From contig CM119267.1 of assembly GCA_051294375.1 (NCBI GenBank), positions 2,036,793 to 2,100,792 on the forward strand: a stretch of 64,000 nt of DNA, read 5' to 3'. Both the position numbers and the translations under genes were made by a program. Position 1 is the stretch's first letter. Every line of letters starts with the position of its first letter. Source of the DNA: Paraspadella gotoi (lineage: Eukaryota > Animalia > Chaetognatha). Shown in pieces: positions 55,401 through 64,000 of this stretch. The notes under the pieces were generated by a model. It searched no databases. It was not told the DNA's origin and worked only from the letters and a program-made list of their open reading frames with translations.

Positions 55401-58400
55401 ATGCGTCGTCGTCCCGCGTCGACGGTTCCGATTCTCCACGGGAAAATCGGGAGCCGGCGTCGCCGATGGAGTCGGAGGCGGGGGACGGAGAAGCGGAGGA
55501 GCCGCCTGGGATTAAGGTTGTCGGGGCATTGGGGTTGGGATGGTGTCGGAGATTGTGTAGATCGATTCGACGAACTGTTTTGATTTGTAAACTATTTAGA
55601 GAGATGGATTTAGTACGTAGATGCCAATTCGGTCACCATTTCTCTTCCCCCATTCTCTTTTCTTTTTCCTCCCTTTCCCATCCTCTTCTTTGCCTCATTT
55701 ACAGAGATACCAAACTTACCCAGAACATGGCTAATTGATTTACCTTTTTTCAAATTATCTCTATTCTCTTCTTTTCCCGATCGATCAGTCCGGAGCGAAG
55801 AAGAAATCCTCGCAGGCTCCAGCCGCGGCACATCCTTTAAACGGATCGGCGACTGCGGCGGCGACGGCTCCTGCAGCGGCGTCCTCCTCGTCCCAACCCG
55901 CGAGAAACATCAAGTTATTGATTCCTAACAAACTCGATAACGGAGCGAGTAAGTTTATTTTTATTTTCAAAAGGGTCTTAGACTTTACTATATTAGATCT
56001 TGGTTGAAATTTGGATACACCTTCAGCACAAAGGATTATTGAAATTTAAATAACTTCTTTCATTTTTTTTTTCTTTCCTTTCCTCCAGTTGGCGCCCATC
56101 CTCGTCTAAGACGATCGGACAACGTCGCCGAACCCCCGCAACGTCGAGTCGCGGAGACGAAGACCAACGTTAGTGTTCTTTGTTCTGACCCAAAGATTTG
56201 AATTTTTCTTTTCTCACATCTCCTCTCTTCTCTTCTCTTCTCTTCTCATCTCTTCTCTTCTCCTCAGGACGCCCCTTCGGCTTCCCCTTTGGGGTTTAGC
56301 ACGCCTCCCGCGGCCTCCCGACTGCGGGGGCGTGCTATCCTGAGATCCCGTCCGTCTCTCCCCGCTTCTCTGGCTCCCTCGACGTCGTCGTCGTCGACGT
56401 CTCGGTCCTCTAGATCCCCGTCCCCCAGAGCCACTCGGCTTTCGGCGTCACCCGCCACGACCTCCCGAGCTTCGAGGAGCTCGTCGCGAACGCCCGGGTC
56501 CAACGGGGCCGCCAAGACTGCGACTCAAAACGAGGCCAAGTCTAGACAGAAAGAAAAAGGTCAGTTTGAAGGTGAGAAATATAAACGGCCGAAACTTTGT
56601 CCAATGTCCATTGTCCGTTGTTTTATTTGTAATACGTGATAAATACTTTTCAATTCAGAATCGGGGAAACCCGCGACTTCTGCTAAAGATTCCCATGGGG
56701 ACTTATCGTCTCCTTCGTCGTCACCATCGTCGTCACCGACCGCGAGTCCCGAGAAACGAATCAACACTCGATCTGTCACAAAGAACAACTTACCAATAGG
56801 TAAGTCAGTCCTCGATAATTACAGAGAGATCACATTGTAGAGATCAAGTGGTTTTTTTTTGGGGGGGGGGTTTGGAAAAAATATTCATATCAATGTTAAA
56901 TTAAAACGTAGGCGAACGAATGCGCAGCCGTAAAGTTCTGAAGCGGAAGATGGATATCGAAGGTGGCGGCGGCGGCGGCGGCCACGAAGCTGCTGAAGCG
57001 GAGACGCTGACTTCCCTGTCGCCGATGGATCAGCAGTTCGTCTGGTGAGACGATATAATTATTAACATAATAATAGAGCCAGTTTGAATTAGTTTCAACG
57101 ATTTTTATTATTATTAACGGGACATGTTTCAACTTTATTGCAAGCTGACGAAGACTTGCAATAAAGTCGAAACATGTCCCGTTAATAATAATAAAAATCG
57201 TTGTTGAAACTAATTCAAACTGGCTCTATTTCACCAACAAAACGAAAAGAAAGGATTTCACATAAAATAATACTATAGAAATATCAATTTATTCAATTCA
57301 TATGTAATTATGTATTATGTAATCAAGGGACGTCCCGAAGAAAAAGGCTCGAGTTTCCTCCGGCGTTCCCGATCATTCTTCGACATCGAGGTCGACGCGA
57401 GGCAAACCTGGCTCCTCGGAGGTAAGACGCCGACGCTGCCTCCTTCGCCGATGGCCACAGGTTTTGTTTTTAATTGTCTTATTCGCATTTTCTCACAGAC
57501 TCCCTCCTCGCCGAGGCGACCACTCAACACCAAGAACGGCGGACTTTCGACCAATCAGACGCGAGCAACGACCAACGCTTCTTCAGCGGCGCTAAAAGGT
57601 GAGTAAACTCACCTTCGTTATAAAACTATAATAAACAACTATTGAGATCACCTCTTCTTATTAAACATCTATTGAGATCATCTCTTCTTAATAAACAACT
57701 ATTGAGATCATCTCTTCTTAATAAACAACTATTGAGATCATCTCTTCTTAATAAACATCTATTGAGGTCATCTCTTCTTAATAAACATCTATTGAGGTCA
57801 TCTCTTCTTAATAAACATCTATTGAGGTCATCTCTTCTTAATAAACATCTATTGAGATCATCTCTTCTTAATAAACAACTATTGAGATCATCTCTTCTTA
57901 ATAAACAACTATTGAGATCATCTCTTCTTAATAAACATCTATTGAGATCATCTCTTCTTAATAAACATCTATTGAGATCATCTCTTCTAATAACAACTAT
58001 TGAGATCATCTCTTCTTAATAAACATCTATTGAGATCATCTCTTCTTAATAAACAACTATTGAGATCATCTCTTCTTAATAAACAACTATTGAGATCATC
58101 TCTTCTTAATAAACATCTATTGAGACCATCTCTTCTTAATAAACAACTATTGAGATCATCTCTTCTTAATAAACAACTATTGAGATCATCTCTTCTTAAT
58201 AAACAACTATTGAGATCATCTCTTCTTAATAAACATCTTTGAGGTCATCTCTTCTTAATAAACATCTATTGAGATCATCTCTTCTTAATAAACATCTATT
58301 GAGTCATCTCTTCTTAATAAACATCTATTGATCATCTTCTATAAACAATCTATTGAGTCATCTCTTCTTAATAAACATCTATTGAGGTCATCTCTTCTTA

Positions 58401-58990
58401 ATAAACATCTATTGAGATCATCTCTTCTTAATAAACATCTATTGAGATCATCTCTTCTTAATAAACAACTATTGGAGATCATCTCTTCTTAATAAACATC
58501 TATTGAGATCATCTCTTCTTAATAAACAACTATTGAGATCATCTCTTCTTAATAAACATCTATTGAGATCATCTCTTCTTAATAAACAACTATTGAGATC
58601 ATCTCTTCTTAAGGTTCAAAATCTTTGACTTCGGAACCCAAAACGATTTTGGCGAAAACCGCATCGACGAAGAGGAAAGTGGCGGCGACGAATATTGCCA
58701 CGGCGAAATCTACCACGGCGAAATCTGCCACGGCGAAATCTGCCACGGCGAAATCCGCGCCAGCGAAGTCGGCCTCGAAAAACGGGCGCAAATCTTCTGC
58801 CGCTAACACACAGCCGACGGCGGCGCGACGATCGCTGACGGTAGAGGCGCTGAAGGCGATCAAGCCGCGAGTCAGCAAACAAAAGGCACCTCGATCGCCG
58901 ACGACGACGAAAACGAAGACTAAACCGAAGACGACGACGACGACAACGACGACGGCGGCGAAAGGACGAAGGAAGACTATGCATTTGTAG
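52412..58990 (+). CDS. PPM1D: PPM1D/Wip1-like PP2C phosphatase with a long disordered basic tail
   Basis: Exons 52412-52712 ([15 protein letters not shown]), 53227-53396 ([22 protein letters not shown]), 53542-53734 ([18 protein letters not shown]), 53838-54042 ([20 protein letters not shown]) and 54437- (MRADNTT). Several low-complexity exons follow; the last is 58614-58990. The tail exon structure is less certain. Confidence 0.9.
52853..53052 (-). mobile_element. tRNA-derived SINE in PPM1D intron 1
   Basis: Minus-strand A box TGGCTCAGTGG and B box GGTTCGAGCCC; shares TAACCCGCCTGTA with family A. Confidence 0.7.
57072..57230. mobile_element. ~160-bp palindromic element with a hammerhead ribozyme core at its centre
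   Basis: Arms aatagagccagtttgaattagtttcaac...gacatgtttc and its reverse complement, nearly perfect. Confidence 0.85.
57145..57178 (+). ncRNA. Minimal (Penelope-type) hammerhead ribozyme core
   Basis: CTGACGA-A-[GACTT gcaata AAGTC]-GAAAC-AT-GTC. Stem I is weak. Confidence 0.65.
57626..58613. repeat. 30-bp minisatellite (~33 copies) filling the last PPM1D intron
   Basis: Unit ctattgagatcatctcttcttaataaaca(a/t), with no spacers. Confidence 0.95.
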
Positions 58991-60418
58991 AAGAAAAGCG
59001 TGGAGTTGTCTCAGGGGCGGGAATTAATTTCAGCCAATCGGGGGCGATTCATCTCAGCCCCCCACCCCCCCCCCCATTTTAAAGCAAGTTGCTTTGGGTT
59101 AAATCGATACGAGGCGACCCGAACTGATGTTGTTCCTTCTTCCCCTATTGGGAATCGGCAAACGGCATGACCTCCCTCTCCCCTTCATAATTTCACATTT
59201 AATGAATTCGTAATCGGCGCATGAAAAAAAAAAAAGATAAAAATTCTTCTTCTCTCAATCACGACGCAGCACCTTCGACCTTTTAGGTTTAATCATTATA
59301 TTTTTAACCTTTTTTATTTTCTCGGCTTCTTTTATATTTTTTAACCATTAAATAATCTCTTTGGAGCCAAGAAAGGGAAAAAAAAAAACTGCTCGGGATT
59401 TTTTGTCAAACCGAGTGACAAAAAAAAAGGAATTTTTTTCCTTTTGTTTTATATATTTGTATCACAATTGTTACTTTCTCATGACGAAAAAATGTATGTA
59501 CATTACTACATTTGGTACATTTTTTTTAAAAATTCTTTTCGTTTGCTCATGTATGGGTGGAATATTTTTAGCAAATGCGATTGTTATTGTATTTTATTCG
59601 CTTGTCGAAGAAAAAACCCCGTGAAGGGTTGAAGGGATTTTTGACGAGCACTTTGTGAGTTGGGGGACTCCTCTCTCTCTCTTATTGTACAGTTTTCCTT
59701 TCTTTAATGGAGTCCTCTTCCTTTTTTGGAGAATGTCCACTTTGATAAAAGTCAATCATAGGAAACAAGTCCTCTAGGTAATAAAAAAAAATGTTTGGGT
59801 CATATATATTTCGCCGATTTTTATCTTTTTTTTAAACTTTTATTAGCGTAATTAATCATGAATAAATTAATTTTCCAGCCTTAATATAATTTTTTTTTTT
59901 CCGGAGGCGTTTTTTTTTAAACAGCCTCTCGTTCTGGTTATTAGACTTGAAATCTTCCTGTGATGATGTTGAATTAATAATTATTAACACACACTTAGAC
60001 AAAAAAAAGCATATGATAATTGTTTCGTTGCCCGAAACGAAAATGGAAGGAACTTGCAAAACATTCCACCGAGTTGTAGAATGTGTGATTCATTACTTGA
60101 ACAACAACCCCTCTCTTTCCCTCTTTTATCCCTTGTAACACCAATAAAGCGAAATTCGTCAAACTATTGTTTTGTTTTTCACAAATCCCGATTAGCATTA
60201 GTCATCTTCCGAAAATAGCTACTTAGCCATTCTTCCTTCCCAAAATCATTTTGAAGAGCAAAGTTCGAGTCAGCTTGGCTTGGTGCGCTCTGCATTATCA
60301 GCCGCTGATAAGTCATAATCGCTTATGATAGTCAAACAGTTTTGTTTCAAACTATAAACAAACTTGGAAGAAAAAAAAAATGCGTTAGAGAGAGACGGCA
60401 AAATAACTCCGCCACAAA

Positions 60419-61374
60419 ATGAGTCTCTACGAACATTTTCCCGCCTACGATGAGTCGCCCGAGGACGCGCCCAGCAGCCGGTGCCCTACCTGTCGCGGCA
60501 CGGGGCTCCTCGCCGACGAATCACAGGGCAGCACGATGGTCACTTTCACTCGACTCGATGATCAGAGATTGCAACCGCGTCACACGCTACGCTATGCAGT
60601 GCTGGGCGTGACGCTCGTCACGGCCGCTTCGCTTTTAATCGCCTTCTTTATTTATCCTCGGTGCATCTTGATTATTAAGTGTTGTTTGAGATAATGGCAA
60701 TTGGTCAATGGTCATGTTTATTGGCGAGATAAACTTGGCGCAATGCCTGATTGCAATTATATAAATTGCAATATAATAAGTGTCGTGGCGGTATATTCAA
60801 ACCGTCTCACATCCAGCTTCATTCAACCAATCCCAGTGGCTCAGAGGGGGAACGCACCATCCAAACCGTGCGTTCTAACAAGTCCTAACGACTTCCCTCT
60901 GCGTGCCAGTGGCAGGCTGCGCCACTGAGGGTCCGTAAAGCCAACAGTGAGATACCCCATCCCTAAAGGCATCACAGTCAACCCGGCTGTTGTTATAATT
61001 ATACATATACTTTATACACCCGTACATTATACGCTCGTCGCACGTCCTTGCTGTTTAGCCAGTCGCATTTCTGTCCGTCCTTTATTGGTTATTATAACAA
61101 AGTTTTATTAATAAAAAGTACGAATGATCCCTTTCCTTAGCCCCGTGGTCCTCAGTCGAGATTCTTCCCTGCCCTTTGTACTCCCGCCACTCTGGACCCA
61201 AGCCAGACCGAAAAACGCAACATTTGAGTTCGAAAACGCCTGGTCCGCCTACAACCCCAGTTTTTTCGGTGTGGAAGTCGTTGGCTTCGAAGTTCAAATG
61301 TCCTGGTCTTTCCAGCTTCCGGCCGACGACCCTGTCTGCGTCGTTAATAATAGCGTCGTCGTCATCCCCGCGAG
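60419..61374 (+). CDS. TMEM106: TMEM106 family protein, first two coding exons (60419-60660, 61141-61374); 3' part not found
   Basis: CPTCRGTG, DQRLQPRHT and a TM helix ending FFIYPR match the recalled family pattern CPTCQGTG...DQRLRPRRT...FFLFPR. Exon 2 (YNPSFFGVEV) fits the luminal domain. Confidence 0.82.
60785..60995 (+). mobile_element. Dispersed repeat family C copy (internally deleted)
   Basis: Shares agtcctaacgacttccctctgcgt and aaagccaacagtgagat with 29890-30143. Confidence 0.75.
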
Positions 61375-62049
61375 GTAAGTTCGTCTTTTCCCTCACTTTT
61401 TCTTTCCTTATATACTTTTTGGTTTGAACGGTCTGGTTATCATGTCCTATTAATTAAAAATATTAATTGTCTCTCCCTGAAAGTTTCACCATTCGGTAAA
61501 ACCATATTGCAAAATTGGCTTATTTTTACATTCGCCGACCGGGATTTTGCGGTCGGTTTTTTTTCGCTTTTTTTTTTCGTTTGCGACGATATTGTAACGC
61601 TTTTGCGCATAAGTGGCGTCGTCGTCGTTGTCGTCGTCGGCGTTGTCGTCGGCGTTCCAAATTATAGATCGCCTTTTTTATGATTAAATTTGGGTGTATG
61701 AAGCTTCTCTTCATCGATGTGCTTAAAATTGAGTCTGGACAGTTATTAAATATGTTTTGTTTACGTTTTATCAAAACAAACAAATTTTCTCTCTTTTATT
61801 TTTATATTTCTTTCTCTCTCTCCGCCCCTTAACCCTAACCACCCTTAATCCCTAACCTTAACCCAATTGCTAACCGTTTAAAAAATATAACATAAAAATA
61901 TTGTTTTTCGTTTCCTTTCTTTTCATTGTTTGTTTACGTACGAGTTTTATTAANNNNNNNNNNAAATATAACATAAAAAAATTGTTTTTCGTTTCCTTTC
62001 TTTTCATTGTTTGTTTATGTACGAGTTTTATTAAGAAACATCAATTTCG

Positions 62050-62083
62050 GACATGTTTCGGCTTCAATGTAAACCTTCATCAG
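62050..62083 (-). ncRNA. Minimal hammerhead ribozyme core
   Basis: Minus strand CTGATGA-A-[GGTTT acattg AAGCC]-GAAAC-AT-GTC. Confidence 0.65.
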
Positions 62084-62107
62084 CTCAAAAACAAATCTGT
62101 ATTTGTG

Positions 62108-62141
62108 CTGATGAAAGCTTACATTGATGCTGAAACATGTC
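62108..62141 (+). ncRNA. Minimal hammerhead ribozyme core
   Basis: CTGATGA-A-[AGC ttacattgat GCT]-GAAAC-AT-GTC. Confidence 0.62.
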
Positions 62142-62768
62142 GGAAATTTATGTTTCTTTATAAAACTCGTATATAAACAATTCATTTTCTACCTCAAACA
62201 TAAAAATAGCAATTAAAATAAATTTAAAACAATTATTATTTATTATAAAATTCATATTACTGAACAAAAAAAAATGTATATTATTTCGCAAACTGAGACT
62301 CGACGCTAGAGGGAAAACAAAATTAAATGGATTAACAAAGCACCGACCGGTAATAGCTAAAGTTGGTTAGGGACGTCGAATAGTAAAGTTACCCGCAATG
62401 GCTAATCAATAATTAATTACATAGTCATTAAAGCAATCTACATAGCTCCTCCTACTCCCTTCAGCTGTCCCCTTTCTCCTCAAGCTTCGATCGCGCAAGT
62501 TGCGCGTGAGGTTGGATCGTTCTAGACGTTGCTGTCGCCCTCAGCCATGCTTCAATGGCTGAGCGGGCTAAATCTTCTTTAGTATCATTAACTAATTGAT
62601 CTAACGTATACATGACTTGAGTATTACTCACTGAGTAAACAAAATATAAGATTTGCCTCTTATCGCATATCCGAAATTTTATTTTGCTTTGCATTTCATG
62701 ACAAAAATTACCAAATAAAAATTTACTACCCGCCGGTTAAATTAACAAGCAAAATAATTAAACTCAGT

Positions 62769-63896
62769 CTATTCACGAATTCCTGCGTCTTGAGCGAGGG
62801 CGTGGAAGGCCGACCCTTTATCCGCGAGAAGAGTCCTGGGTTCGCCCTCTTCGACCACGCTCCCTCCGTCGAGGACGATGACCCTGTCATAATCCACGAC
62901 CGTGTTGATCCTGTGGGCGATGGCTATCACCGTCCGCCCGGCGAGCTCTTCTCTGATCGCCCTCTGCACCAACGCGTCCGTCTCTGGATCCACGGCCGCC
63001 GTCGCCTCGTCAAGTACGAGTATCTTGGCGTCTCTAAGCAACGCCCGCGCCAAGCAGAGAAGTTGACGCTGCCCGGCGGAAAGGTTTTCCCCGCCCTCGA
63101 CGCAAGGATGGTCGAGTCCTTCGGGCAGACCACGGACGAAAGAGTCGAGATGCGCCGCGGCCAACGCCCTCCAGAGATTGGCGTCGTCGCGGGCCCCGAA
63201 AGGATCCAGATTGGCTCGAATCGTTCCGCTGAATATGATTGGATCTTGGGGGATGACGGCGAGCCGTTCTCGCAAATCGTGGAGTCCAAGAGTCGAAGCG
63301 TCACGCCCGTCGATTGACACGTCTCCCGTTTCCGCCTCCAGGATGCGGAAGAGAGCGAGAACAAAGGAGGATTTTCCGGCTCCAGTGCGACCGACAATGC
63401 CGACGCGTTGCCCGCCAGTGACTGACAGACGGAGGTTCTTTAAGGCGGGCTCCAACTCCGGTCTGAGGAGAAAAGGACGGGGCCTTAAGTCAAATCTCAA
63501 AAATTCTGTTCCCTTATTGTCTGTGACACCTCACGCCTTAACGACTCACCTGTATCGCACTGTGAGACCCTCCGCTTCAATGCCGCCCCGTTCCGGCCAA
63601 TTCGCCGGAATCTCGGCCGATCCCTCATTTCTCCAAGGCGCCTCCGTCTTGATCGCCGAATATTCCTCCAGCCTTTCCACAGCGACGAGGTCGTTCTCTA
63701 GCTGAGACACGAGGCGGATGGCGTGACCGAAGACTGGCATGAGGTTGATGGCGTAAGCTACGGCAAGTCCGGACTCGCCCGCCGTCGTGTCCGAGCTGGC
63801 GACCGAGTAGAGAGCCGAGAAGAGAAGAACCCCTGATGCGAGAAGTTCGAGGACAAGGGCGAGCCATCGATCCGCTGTCCACATTGGAAAGGAAGC
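62769..63896 (-). CDS. ABCC/MRP-family ABC transporter, last two exons (end of TMD2 plus NBD2); continues beyond the window
   Basis: RWLALVLE, VAVERLEEY, WPERGGI, Walker A GRTGAGKS, signature LSAGQRQ, Walker B ILVLDEATA and IAHR. Exons 63896-63550 and ~63463-62769. Confidence 0.95.
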
Positions 63897-64000
63897 CTGC
63901 GATACATATGGAGCCATAAAAGTATTGAGTCATCTAATAATTAAAATAATATGAAATAAATTGTATTAAGTCATAAATTTTCGAAGATATTTTTTTTCAT

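Larger units (their letters stand above)
62011..62180. mobile_element. ~170-bp palindromic element with two divergently oriented hammerhead cores
   Basis: Arms ttgtttatgtacgagttttat..agaaacat / atgtttct..ataaaactcgtatataaacaa. Confidence 0.8.

Noticed and set aside
57626-58613. 30-bp repeats as a CRISPR array or a repeat-protein ORF ([10 protein letters not shown])n
   Set aside because: The units are contiguous with no unique spacers, there are no cas genes, and the array sits between an in-phase GT and AG of a eukaryotic gene.
62461-62694. 77-aa minus-strand ORF downstream of the ABCC stop
   Set aside because: No recognisable motif or splice context; it cannot be supported from the sequence alone.

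Overview
Eukaryotic, most likely invertebrate metazoan, genomic DNA: AT-rich introns full of micro- and minisatellites, GC-rich exons, three N gaps and patches of indel-rich sequence that look like unpolished long reads. Seven spliced genes can be reconstructed by eye. On the minus strand: a divergent G-protein alpha subunit (10.8-16.1 kb); a large receptor-like gene that appears to join ankyrin repeats, two Ig domains, an EGF domain, a TM helix and a multi-pass XK-like region (17.5-30.6 kb); IQCH with an RFX X-box upstream (31.3-47.6 kb); and the 3' end of an ABCC/MRP transporter. On the plus strand: PLEKHM1-like, PPM1D/Wip1-like and a partial TMEM106-like gene. Non-coding highlights are a family of palindromic elements carrying Penelope-type minimal hammerhead ribozyme cores, a ~5.4-kb foldback element in an IQCH intron, an LTR-like remnant with a tRNA-Leu primer-binding site, tRNA-derived SINEs, a MITE family, a tandem array of Pol III B-boxes, and minisatellites built from splice sites or poly(A) signals. 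All gene models and family assignments come from manual reading and recalled motifs; no search was run.
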